Of a DNA stretch of 64,000 nt, positions 1 to 15,552 are shown piece by piece. The stretch is from the human T2T-CHM13v2.0 reference genome, Homo sapiens. The first letter of the stretch is position 1; every line of letters starts with the position of its first letter. Both the position numbers and the translations under genes were made by a program. Where the stretch lies: the NCBI RefSeq assembly GCF_009914755.1, contig NC_060936.1. The stretch is one strand, 5' to 3'. A model generated the notes under the pieces. It saw nothing but the letters and a program-made list of their open reading frames with translations. It was not told where the DNA came from and did not search any database.

Positions 1-321
1 ATAAACATCTTTTCTTTTAGAGAGCTTGTCCCTGTTTGTTATTTAGATTGACATTGCCTGAAAGTCAGAATTACCCAAGTGTGTCTCAGGGTGTCCTTGA
101 AGTAGACAAGGTGCCCTTGAAGGCCAGACTATGCTTGGTATGTTTGAAGAAGAGCAAGGAGGCCACAGGGGATGGAGGTAGAGTGGTTGAAAGGATTCAA
201 CTGCCATTGAAAAGGACACATTCAAATAATGGCATGAGATGAGGAGGCCATAGACTTGGGGATGGGGGAAGGCCCAGATCCTGCAGGACTGTTGAACTAA
301 ACTGTTAAGAGCTTTGGTTTT

Positions 322-766
<445 letters not shown>

Positions 767-945
767 AAGAGCTTTGGTTTTGCATCTGAATAAAAGGAGA
801 AGTTGTTTTGAACAAGAAACAACATGTATCCCTTACCACCCTCTCCCGACCCACCCCGAAGATTTCATTGTGAAAACAAGCTGGGGAAGTGGACATGGAA
901 CTATCATATTCCCCCTGGCCTATTGGGTCCTGTTCACTGTGTTAG

Positions 946-1268
<323 letters not shown>

Positions 1269-1509
1269 CGAAATAGAAGAGCTGATTAAGAAGTTGATAG
1301 CCCATTAATGTTGGTCAGCCCATTTAACCCTTGTAGTCTGGGGGACGGGGGACACAAAGTATCATAGGAAGTTTGATGACTGAGAGTCTGATGCCCCCAA
1401 GTCTACAGGCATCTGGGTCTTTATATCAGCAGTTAGGGCATGTTGGTGACAAGCTGACACATTTATCTTCCCTGCCCTACAGCAAGGTGGAAAGATTCTG
1501 GAATGGCCA

Positions 1510-1720
1510 AAAACAAAACTGGGTTGGACTCTCTCAGCTCTGACACTTGTTTGGGGATAAACCACTTAATCTTTCTAAATTGTAGAAGTTTTCTAAATCT
1601 TTTAGTTGTAAAAATAGTAATGGGTTTGTTGGAGGATTCAATGAGATAATGGAAGTAAATCGCTTAGCATGGTGCCAGGCACTTACCAAGTTCTCAGTTG
1701 AGATTAGCTTTTACTGTTGG
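1510..1720 (+). mobile_element. MIR relic
   Basis: MIR-like core GGAGGATTCAATGAGATAAT...CGCTTAGCATGGTGCCAGGCAC. Confidence 0.65.
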
Positions 1721-1881
1721 TAGTGTCAGCATCATACCCATTCATCCCTGTATTTATGAAACAAGTATTTATTGAGTGCACTGTCTTCCAGGGGCCATTC
1801 TAGGTGCTGGCATTCCACAGGGAACAAGGTGAAATCCCTGCATTGCAGTGAGAGGAGACAGACAATAAACAAATGACTATT

Positions 1882-2208
<327 letters not shown>

Positions 2209-2234
2209 TCAGCCGGTGATCAAACATGACACTT

Positions 2235-2549
2235 GGCTGGGCGCGGTGGCTCACACCTGTAATCCCAGCAATTTGGGAGGCTGAGGTGGGCAGACTACCT
2301 GAGGTCAGGAGTTCAAGACCAGCCTGGCCAACATGGTGAAACCCCATCTCTACTAAAAATATAAAAATTAGCTAGGCATGGTCATGAGCCCCTGTAATCC
2401 TAGCTACTTGGGAGGCGGAGGCAGGAGAATCGCTTGAACCCAGGAGGGGAGGTTGCAGTGAGCCAAGACTGCGCCATTACCCTCCAGCATGGGTGACAGA
2501 GTGAGACTCCATCTCAAAAAAAAAATTAATTAAAAAATAAAAAATAAAA
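2235..2549 (+). mobile_element. Alu (AluS-like)
   Basis: Full-length dimer, TSD AAACATGACA. Confidence 0.95.
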
Positions 2550-2786
2550 CATGACAGTTAAAGCAAGCAAAGGAATAAAGTGATGGGAGAAAGGAAATGC
2601 TACTGTACATAGTGAGGAGGTGATATTGGAGCACAGACCTGAAGAAGTTAAGGAATCAGGCTCTGGCGGAACAGTATTCCGGGTAGAAGACACAGCAAGT
2701 GCAAGGGCCCTGAGGCTGGAATGTGCTTGGTGTGTTTGAAGAAAAGCAAGGAGTTGCCACAGCTGGAAGTAAAGTGGTTGAGAGGT

Positions 2787-3066
<280 letters not shown>

Positions 3067-3259
3067 GATGGTTGAGAGGGTTCAATCGCCATTGGAAATG
3101 ACACATTCAAATGATGGCATGAAATCAGGCCAGAGAGTTGGGGATGGAGGAAGGCCCAGATCCTGAAGAATTTGAGGACTGTTAAGAGCTTTGGTTTTGC
3201 ATCTGAATAATGTCACTTCTTGCTATTTTAAACAATAAGTTATCCCTTTAACACCCCCC

Positions 3260-4380
<1,121 letters not shown>

Positions 4381-4446
4381 CCTTTGAAAAAAATTTCTCT
4401 AGCAGCAGGTTAGAGAATAGACTCTTGGCTGAAAAGATAGAAACAG

Positions 4447-4740
4447 ACCAGGTGTGAAGCTCAGGCTTGCAATCCCAGTGCTTTGTGAGGCCGAGGCGGG
4501 TGGGTCACTTGAGGCCAGGAGCTCCAGACCAGTCTGGGCAACATAGTGAGACCTAAAAACATTATCCGGGTGTGATGGCTCACACCTGTAGTCACAGCTA
4601 CTTGGGAGGCTGAGGTGGGAGGATCACTTCAGTCCAGAAGATTGAGGCTGCATTGAGCTATGATTGTGCCACTGCCACTGCATTCCAGCCTGGGTGACAG
4701 AGCAAGATGCTGTCTCTAAAAATCAATCAATCAATCAATC
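4447..4740 (+). mobile_element. Alu (AluJ-like) with (AATC)n tail
   Basis: Alu motifs; tail AATCAATCAATC. Confidence 0.9.
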
Positions 4741-5264
4741 TTTGCTCTTTTCTGTAAAATCTGAATGATTGTAATTCATTCCCTGTATATAAGAAAATGC
4801 ATTGAAAATGCTGAACACGGTGTCTGGCTTGTCTGAGGCATTCAAAACCATCAGCTGTTATTATTAGAACTTTTCATCAAAACCCACCCTAGTCTCTGTC
4901 CTCTGGATCACAAGCTCCCTAGAGCTTTTAATCTCTCAATTGGAATTTCCCACTGGAGGCAGCTCCTTGAGGAATTTCTGTTATTATTCTCCCTACAGGA
5001 TACCTTAGCTGATACAGTTCATTTACAAGGTGGCTCACTGCAAATGCGTAGCTGAGGAGATTGGACCAAAGTTACTGAACGTGTTGAATCTAAGAGGAAA
5101 GCATGACAATCAGGTCGTTCCTTATGAAGGAATGGGTTATCTCCAGGGGAAGGGAGTTGTCTAAACCTTGAAGATGTTGTTAACTGAGATAATGTATATA
5201 AAGAGGTTAAGCTACGGTCAAAACAAGGCTACCACCACATTATCGCTTGCCTGAAAAAGATAAG

Positions 5265-5600
5265 ACTCAAGCCATCCTTCTAACCTCAGCCTCTCAAGTA
5301 GCTGGGACCATAGGTGGGTGCCACCACGCCCAGCTTTTTTTTTTTTTTTTCTTTTTTCAGAGATGGAGTCTTCCTAAATTACCCAGGCTGGTTGCAAACT
5401 CCTGGGTGAACCTCCTGCCTCAACCTGTCAAAGTGCTGGGATTATAGGCATCAGATACTCTGCCTGGCCTCCTTCTGAAACCAAGAATCTATTCTCTAAC
5501 CCGCAGCCAGAAGGATTCTTTTCAAATGCAAAAAATCTTGTCAACCAGGCTGGATTGCAGTGGTGTGATCATAGTTCATTGCAATCTCAAATTCCTGGGA
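5265..5600 (-). mobile_element. Two Alu fragments (5265-5469, ~5540-5598)
   Basis: Partial Alu consensus on the minus strand. Confidence 0.8.
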
Positions 5601-5791
5601 CAGCAAAGATTTAAATTCATTGCCTCTGGCTTCAGAGGCTGTAATCTTAACTACTATGGCTACACCAATTCCCTTTCCATTGCAAAAGATGAATGGAATA
5701 GTTGTAATGCAGCAAGCTGATTTTCTTTTCCTCCCAACAAAGTTGACCCCAAATCACTAATTCATTTTCTAAAATCCCCAAAAGGACATCA

Positions 5792-6432
<641 letters not shown>

Positions 6433-6481
6433 AAGGACATCATTCAAAATGGCAACATGAGGTCAAAGTAGGGCTCATGGA

Positions 6482-6882
6482 TAGGGTGACCAGCTCGGTT
6501 TGCATGAGACTTTCCTTGTTTTAATTTTACTTTTTTTGTTTTGAGACAGGGTCTCCCTCTGTCATCCAGGCTGGGGTGCAGTGGCACAATCATGACTCAT
6601 TGCAGCCTCTTCCCAGGCTCAGGTAATCCTTCCGTCTCAGCCTCCAGAGTAGAGGATTACAGACAAACACTACCACACCCAGCTAAGTATTTTGTATTTT
6701 TAGTAGAGATGGAGTTTCATCATGTTGCCCAGGCTGGTCTGGAACTCCTGAGCTCAAGTGATAGGCCCACCTACGCCTCTCAAAGTGCTGGGATTACAGA
6801 CAGGAGACATTGTGCCTGGCCGACTTTCCCTGTTTTAGCACACTCAATATCCAAGGCAAACTGGGATGGTTCAATCACCCTA
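6482..6882 (+). mobile_element. MER81-like hAT MITE interrupted by an Alu
   Basis: Terminal inverted repeats TAGGGTGA...TCACCCTA; 8-bp hAT-type TSD CTCATGGA (6474-6481) / CTCATGAA (6883-6890). Confidence 0.85.
6524..6821 (-). mobile_element. Alu (AluJ-like) inside MER81
   Basis: Alu motifs; TSD GACTTTCCYTGTTTTA. Confidence 0.93.
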
Positions 6883-7403
6883 CTCATGAAAGAAGGTCGG
6901 TGTCCATGTAGAATACTCCCATTTGTGATCTGGATAGAGTGATGTGAATTGATCCCAGGGTCATGAATTTACCCACGAAGCAGTCTCCTTTGGTTCCTGC
7001 TCTTCTCAGTCTTAGGACAATCTGTTTGGATACAATCCACTGAAGGAACAAACTTAGCAACTTGTACCATCAATCAACTGGCATTTGAGGACATGTTGAC
7101 AAATAAATATGCCATCCCCAAGAGGGCAGGAGATTATTCAGTAGTTCTTCCATATTAACTATAAGCTTTGGGACCCTGAAAGCATTTTTTCTCTCTTATA
7201 GACAGAATAACATCTCCTGGAAACCAGCTTGCTCCCCTGACTCCACTGCCATGGGTCTCATATAAGGTCATGCACCTTTTTGTTTGGACCAGGGCACTGG
7301 CTTTCTAGTGTTGAAGGTTCTGGAGCCTTCAACATCTCATTGTCTTAATTCTTCTCACCTACTAAATAGAGCATCAAAGAGAACCACTGAAAGCATCTAG
7401 CCT

Positions 7404-7537
7404 CAGGCTGCGTGCGGTGGCTCACGCCTATAATACCAGCACTTTGGGAGGCCGAGGCAGGCGGATCTCAAGTGATCCGCCTGCCTCGGCCTCCCAAAGT
7501 GCTGGGATTACAGGTGTGAGCCACCACGCCTGGCCTG
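7404..7537. repeat. Inverted fusion of two Alu 5' ends (64-bp stem, 6-nt loop)
   Basis: 7404-7467 is the reverse complement of 7474-7537 with 8 mismatches; inner 32 bp perfect. Confidence 0.95.
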
Positions 7538-7757
7538 TCTAACCAGTCTTGGCCTCCAGCACGGGCCATTTGAAAAGGGAGTAGACATGGGCTCTGCTGG
7601 AGAAATCAGCATCCAGGTTGGAAACTGATCAATAGATTTTATGCTTTATCCTGGAGCCTATGTGGGGTCACTGGCAGCTTTACAGTGCAGCTTTATGGCA
7701 CATGCAGGCTGAGGTCTGATCCAGCCTTTGCGGAAGGAGGAATAATAAAGGGGGAAA

Positions 7758-8175
<418 letters not shown>

Positions 8176-8567
8176 TCACTGAACAGAAATTCAATTTATT
8201 TGCTTTTTGCTTGGAGATGTAGCACAGTTTTTGACAGAAGTGCTATGCATTCTGTCAAAGAGACGTCTCGATGTGATTGGGAAAATTGCAATTTTAATAT
8301 TCTCTTTCCTCCTGCAAGCCCTTTGCATGTTTTCCACTACACTAGCCTCTGATTGCTCACAGTTAAATATAGATGAACTCCCCAGATCTTCGTCCCCTCC
8401 TCTGTTTTATGAGTGCCATTATTAGGTTGACTCTGTGTGTGTGCTTCTTTAATCTAAGCAAGAAAAAAGACAATGCAACAAATAAACGAGGAAGAGGGCA
8501 GAGAAAGATAAGAGAAGCCCCTTTGGTAAATAGGAGTTAGGATATTTATAGGCATTGAGAACTAAGA

Positions 8568-8859
8568 TTTTTTTTTTTGAGGTGGAGTCTTGCTGTATTG
8601 CCCAGGCTGGACTGCCGTGGTGAGATCTCTGCTAACTGCAACCTCGGCCTCCCGGGCTCAAGCAATTCTCCTGCCTCAGCCTCCTGAGTAGCTGGAATTA
8701 GTCATGGGCCACTACGCCTGGCTAATTTTTGTATTTTTAGTAGAGATGGGGTTTCATCATTTTGGCCAGGCTGGTCTCTAACTCTTGACCTCAGGTGATC
8801 TCCCTGCCTTGGCCTCCCAAAGTGCTGGCATTACAGGGCAGGAGCCACCTCACCTGGCT
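8568..8859 (-). mobile_element. Alu (AluS-like)
   Basis: Full dimer; TSD GAGAACTAAGATTTTT. Confidence 0.95.
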
Positions 8860-8879
8860 GAGAACTAAGATTTTTCAAA

Positions 8880-9130
8880 GTAATAATATTTACTGTCCTT
8901 ACTACCTTCTATGTGATAGATGCTTTATTCTGTTGGCACTCTTTCTGATGTTTGTGAATCTCTGAGCTGACCCTAGTTTCCTACACACTTTACAGATGAG
9001 GAAATTGTTGTTTGGTGAGAATCTCATTTGCCTAAGGTCTGGAAATGTGGTGAGGGCAGGTTCAAACCCAGGGATACAGGGCCCGGATCTGTGCATTAAA
9101 CTGTGGTGCTATGCCTCCGTGACCCAGCCC
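8880..9130 (-). mobile_element. MIR relic
   Basis: TTTACAGATGAGGAAA...CCTAAGGTC...GGTTCAAACCCAGG. Confidence 0.6.
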
Positions 9131-9194
9131 GACATACATAGTGGGTACCTACAATTTTTCCTGCTCAGCGTTCGCCTTTTGTGTGACTTACCCT

Positions 9195-9545
9195 AATTTC
9201 TCCTTTGAAAAATGCTCTTCCTCTGCTATGTGTATAAAATTGGCAAGAGGCTGACCCCCATTTCCAAGGCCCATGGGCACATGACCATCTGGCCAATCAG
9301 AGTATTCTGACTCCTGGCCGAAGTGATTGGTTCATGGATGACCACGTGATCTAAGCCAGGCCAACGCAATTCATTCCTGGAACTCTTAACGGGACTCTAA
9401 GTAATTAGAGCACTTTTTTGGCTGAGGTTGCTAAATTGGTAGGATATTAGCCTGGAGTTTCTGGGATTGTCTTTGAGAACAATGAAAGGAGAGCTTGCAT
9501 GGGGTGAAGTCAACTATGTGAGACACGGAGCTGAGAGATAGGGAG
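9195..9545 (+). mobile_element. Old MaLR (MLT1-type) LTR fragment
   Basis: CACATGACC...GGCCAATCAGA...GTGATTGGTTCA...GTGATCTAAGCCAGGCCAA motifs. Confidence 0.6.
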
Positions 9546-9714
9546 ACTCCCTGTCTCTCACTGAGTATCAGTGATTCCTCAAGGAATCACTGTCCTTGTT
9601 ACTCTACAGTTATTGATCCAAATGGCTGAGTTCTCCACTTGAGGATAACCATGTTATCCTCATGTTATCTGGTGCTAGCAGAGTGCCTGGCACAGAGTAA
9701 GGGCTCAGAAGTGA

Positions 9715-10025
9715 GGCCGGGCATGGTGGCTCACACCTGTAATCTCAACACTTTGGGAGGCCGAGGCAGGCGGATCACTTGAGGTCAGGGGTTCGAGACC
9801 AGCCTAGCCAACATGGTGAAACTCCCCTCTCTACAAAAAATACAAAAATTAGCCGAGTGTAGTGCTGTGCGTCTGCAATCTTAGCTAATCAGGAGGCCGA
9901 GGCAGAAGAATCACTTGAACCCGGGAGGCAGAGGTTGCAGTGAGCCAAGATAACGCCACTGATTTCCAGCCTGGGTGACAGAGCAAGACTCCGTCTCCCC
10001 CGCAAAAAAGAAAAGAAAACAGAAA
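9715..10025 (+). mobile_element. Alu (AluS-like)
   Basis: Full dimer with tail. Confidence 0.95.
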
Positions 10026-10445
10026 TGCTTGTCAATGGGTGAGTGCAGAGACATCCTGGGGTCTGGTCCCAGTTCTGCCCTTAATGTATTGGACAATTCA
10101 TTTCTCCTCTCTGGGTCTCAGTACTCCCATTAGTACAAAGAGGGTTGATCACTTTAATGATCTCCAAAACTGATTAAGAATCAGGTGGGAGATTGCTACA
10201 GACATTTTCAAGCATATGCAAAAGCGAAGAGAATAGTGAGATGAACCACCGTATGCCAACATCCATGTTCAATAGTCATCACCCAGAGCCAATTTGGTTA
10301 TATTCATACCTCCACCAACTTGAATTTTCTCCCTCTGCTAGGTTCTTCTGAAGCAAAATCCAGGCATAGCATCATTTAATCCACAAGTAATTCAGTATGC
10401 GGATTTAAATATAAAGTTTTTTTAAAACAAAATTACATTACCATT

Positions 10446-10765
<320 letters not shown>

Positions 10766-10835
10766 CATTATTATACTTGAAATTAATAATGAGATCATCA
10801 AATATCAAATATCTAGTAGTTGTCCAAATTTTCCT

Positions 10836-10860
10836 ATATATATATATATATATATATATA
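10836..10860. repeat. (TA)n microsatellite
   Basis: About 12 TA units. Confidence 0.95.
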
Positions 10861-10954
10861 CAGTTATTTTGTTTAAATCAGGATCCACATGAGTTTCACA
10901 CATTGCCTTTGGTTGGATCTCTTAAATTGCCTCTACTCTTTATATTTCTATGTT

Positions 10955-11090
10955 TTCTTTAATTAATTAATATAGAGATGGGGATTCGCCATGTTCCCCA
11001 GGCTGGTCTTGAACTCCTGGGCTCAAGCAATTCACCGGCCTCGGCCTCCCAAAGTGCTAACATTACAGGCACGAGCCACCAGGCCTGGCC
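10955..11090 (-). mobile_element. FLAM (Alu monomer)
   Basis: Single left monomer. Confidence 0.85.
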
Positions 11091-11729
11091 ACATTTCTAT
11101 ATTTTCTATATACTCTCTCTTTATTCTTCTGTTTCTCCTTCCTCTTTATTTATTTATTCTTCCAATTAACTTGTTTTGGAAATGGGCTCACTTATCCTAG
11201 AAAATTCTGGGTTGGGAGAGAGTAAAATTTGCATATTCTTGGGCCCCCATCTCAGACATACTGAATCAGAATTTTCAATGCCGAGGTCAAGAAAATTTTT
11301 TCTTTTTTTCTTTTTTTTTTTTTTAACCAAGGAACTCTCCAGCTAAGCTCTATGTCTTGTCAGGGTCCCTTCCAAAGTGGCATTTTTTGGTTTCCTCTAA
11401 CAAAGCCATATCTCCCCCAACACAATGTTTACGGACAGGCCTTTGGTGTATGTCCAACAACATCTCACCGTATCAGTCTTTGTTGAATATTGCTTTTGTA
11501 GTCATAAATATATGTAATATGTACTAAGTGCTTATAATCTTCCAGCTAGCATGTGTGTCTTGCACATGTATTGTTTCCAGTTGAGTCTCCCAAGAGCCCT
11601 GTGATGTTGGTCCTAATTGGCTGCAGCACATGCCATTGCCAATGTAGCTGACCATTTTTTGACCTATAAAACTTGTCATTTCATAGTGTTTGACTTAATA
11701 TCCCCCTTTTTTTCAGATGTGGAAAATGA

Positions 11730-11900
11730 GGCCAGGTGTGGCGGTGGCTCATGCCTGTAATCCCAGCATTTTGGGAAGCTGAGGTGGGAGGATCTTTTGA
11801 GCCCAGGAGTTCAAGATCCCATTTCTATTAAAAAATATATGTGTGATATATATATATATATATATATATGTTATATATATAACATATATATATATATATG
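11730..11900 (+). mobile_element. FLAM with (TA)n-expanded tail
   Basis: Left monomer, TA repeat ~11836-11899, TSD ATRTGGAAAATGA. Confidence 0.85.
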
Positions 11901-11957
11901 GAAAATGAAGCTCAGAGTCATCAAGCAATGTAGAGGATGAAAGAAAGAAAGAACTCA

Positions 11958-12195
11958 GCCCGGTTTGGTGGCTCACACCTGTAATCTCAGCTCTTTGGGA
12001 GGCCGAGGTGCGTGGATCACCTGAGGTCAGGAGTTCGAGACCAGCCTGGCCAACATGGTGAAACCCCGTCTCTACTAAAAATATGAAAAAATTAGCTGGG
12101 TTTGGTGGCACAGGCCTGTAATCCCAGCTACTCGGGAGGCTGAGTCAGGAGAGTCACCTGAACCCAGGAGGCGGAGGTTGCAGTGAGCCAAGATC
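11958..12195 (+). mobile_element. Alu, 3'-truncated (no tail)
   Basis: Ends abruptly at GTGAGCCAAGATC. Confidence 0.92.
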
Positions 12196-12309
12196 TGTGC
12201 ACACATGCCCACTGCCTCTCAATGACAGCTTCCAATGCATTTAGGAGGTAGGTACACACAGCAAGCAGCACACAGCAGGGGCTCAATAAATGCTCCTTTT
12301 CTTCTTCAT

Positions 12310-12915
12310 CTTTTTTTTTTTTTTTTTTGAGATAGAGTCTCAATCTGTCTTCCAGGCTTGAGTGCAGTGGCACAATCTCAGCTGATTGCAACCTCTTCCT
12401 CCCTGGTTCAAGCAATTCTCCCTTTTCAGGCTCCTGAGTAGTTGGGACTAGAGTAATGCGCCACCACACCCAGCTAATTTTTGTGTTTTTAGTAGAGATG
12501 AGGTTTCACCATGTTGGCTGGGCTGGTCTCGAACTCCTGAACTCAGTGATCTGCCTGCCTCGGCCTCCCAAAGTGGTAGGATTATAGGTGTGAGCCACTG
12601 TGCCCAGCCAAATTCTCTTTTTCTTTTCTTTTTTGATACAGAGTCTCAGTCTGTCGCCCAGGCTGGAGTGCATTGGTGCCATCTTGGCTCCCTGCAACCT
12701 CCGCCTCCGGGGTTCAAGTGATTCTGTGCCTTAGCCTCCCGAGTAGCTGGGATTACAGGTGCCCGCCACCACGCCCAGCTAATTTTTGTATTTTTAGTAA
12801 AGACAGGGTTTCACCATGTTGTCCGGGCTGGTCTCGAACTCCTGGCTTCAAGTGATCCACCTGCCTCGGCCTCCCAAAGTATTGGGATTACAGGAGTGAG
12901 CCACCATGCCTGGTC
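12310..12915 (-). mobile_element. Two tandem Alus (12310-12609, 12615-12915)
   Basis: Two full dimers head-to-tail on the minus strand. Confidence 0.95.
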
Positions 12916-13196
12916 GAAATGCTTCTTTTCTTGTCTTTGCCTCTCGGCAATGGCATGGCTCCCTGAGCCACCTTCTCTCCCTCCTGCCCATCCACCATCC
13001 CTGCCAGCATGACAGATGAAGTTCTGAGGCCTACAGATGCCTAAAGCAGAAAGTAGCGATATGTGGATGCTCCTCTCCCTCTCTCTTCCTGCAACCTAAC
13101 TGGACACACAGTGAAGAGACCATGTGTGAGTTCATGGGTAGAGAGAGAAGATAATTCAAACTTTGGGTGTGGGGAAGGTTCTAGAATCTCTCATGA

Positions 13197-13554
<358 letters not shown>

Positions 13555-13611
13555 CTTTCCCCCACATTTTCTTTGCAAAAGTGCTGAGGTAGCTAGGCTA
13601 TGAAAATCAGC

Positions 13612-13806
13612 CAGCTGTGAGCTGCCCAGCTGACAAAGGGGCCACAGCTGGAGAGGAACAGTGGCTGTTGATTCCAGCTGCAAATGAAAGGGTCAACACC
13701 TTGTAGGAAAAAAAAAAAATCCAGACATCAGCTGGTGGAAATGGTCCCAGAGTTCATAATAACAGAAAGGAAGGCAAGGAGATTTTATTGTTTTAATTGG
13801 CAGCTG
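13612..13806. promoter_or_regulatory. Candidate bHLH enhancer (homotypic CAGCTG cluster)
   Basis: CAGCTG at 13612, 13627, 13645, 13675, 13729 and 13801 in repeat-free DNA. Confidence 0.45.
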
Positions 13807-13856
13807 TCTCTGGATTCTTTTTTTAAAAGAGAGTTTGGAGACTGTAACCCGGGCAG

Positions 13857-13894
13857 GTGTGTGTGTGTGTGCACATGTGTGTGCACGTGTGTGT
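13857..13894. repeat. Imperfect (TG)n alternating purine-pyrimidine tract
   Basis: GTGTGTGTGTGTGTGCACATGTGTGTGCACGTGTGTGT. Confidence 0.9.
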
Positions 13895-14096
13895 AAGGGA
13901 AGCTGGAAGAAAACTGTGTCTGTGAATATGAGAATGGGAAGACTGGGAGGAGAGACTGCTGTGTGTGTATTAGCCAGGGAGGTAGAGAGGACAGTAGCCA
14001 TCTCCTGCATATGGGACCCGTGAGAAAGAAAGAGACTAAGAGACTTTGAAAGTGGGAAATGTCTCAGGGAAGAGAAGACAAATCTATTTTTATTCC

Positions 14097-14445
<349 letters not shown>

Positions 14446-14456
14446 TGAAAATGGAA

Positions 14457-14600
14457 AGCCCAGTGCGGTGGCTCATGCTTGTAATCCCAGAACTTTGGGA
14501 AGCTGAGGCTAGAAGATTGCTTGAGGCTACGAGTTCAAGACCAGCCTGGGTGAATAGTGTGAACTTTTCTCAAAAAAAAAAAAAAAATCAATAAATAAAT
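14457..14600 (+). mobile_element. FLAM
   Basis: Left monomer plus poly(A). Confidence 0.85.
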
Positions 14601-15281
14601 TTTAAAAAATTGAAAATTGTAGATGAAAGAGTGGGAAAAAACTAAAGTGGAACTGGGAGAGGAAACCACGCATGGTGCAGGAGAGAGCTGGAGACGGACT
14701 CAGAGCCAGCTTGGAATGAGCAGTGGCACCAGGAGCTCCCTCCAGCCTGTTCAGAAATAGTTTCCGGGAACTGTGGTGCTTTCCCCGCCCCTGCTCTAGG
14801 GCCAGCGGGGAGATGAAGCTGCCCGCATCGCTTGTCTTGGCTGCCTCTCAGCTGACACTGCTGACAGGCTGCTTTGATCTCAGGTTATCAGGGCTAACCC
14901 TGTGCCCTGGGCCTGCTCTGCCAGCCCCGCCCACGCTCCCCTCTGCTGAAAGGGCATTCAGTAAGGCCACCAACTGTTGGGAGGGAGGCCCAGTCCGCGT
15001 GCCTGGTTGGCCTTGGAGCCTGGGTACTTGATGTAATGAAGGCACCATCTTTTATTCTCAAAACAGTGAAGAACAGGGGCCCAGCTGGGGAAAACAAGCT
15101 TTTGAAGTGTAGTCACACGAAATAGTGCCACCAAACATCTATGGAATGTCATATGTTTATGTCCTCATGCTGTCTGGACCTTCACCCCCAAAGGATGAGT
15201 AGTGAAAGAAAGAAAACAGGATGGGCAGCCAGGAAGATTTTTTTCTTTCCTTTTTCCCAACTTTTACACTTCTAAAAAAAT

Positions 15282-15420
15282 CTTTTCTTTTTTCCTTTTT
15301 GTGGAGAACAGGATCTCGCTATATTGCCCAGGCAGGTCTCAAACTCCTGGGCTCAAGCTATCCTCCCGCCTCTGCCTCCCTAACAGCTGGGATGACAGGC
15401 ATGAGCCACCATGCCTGGCC
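15282..15420 (-). mobile_element. FLAM
   Basis: Left monomer. Confidence 0.85.
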
Positions 15421-15552
15421 TTCTCCGCAACTTTTATTTTGGATTCAGGAGGTACATGTGCAGGTTTGTTACCTGTGTAGATGGCATGATGCTGAGGCTT
15501 GAGGTATGAATGATCCCATCACCCAGGTACTGATCATAGTACTCAACAGTTT

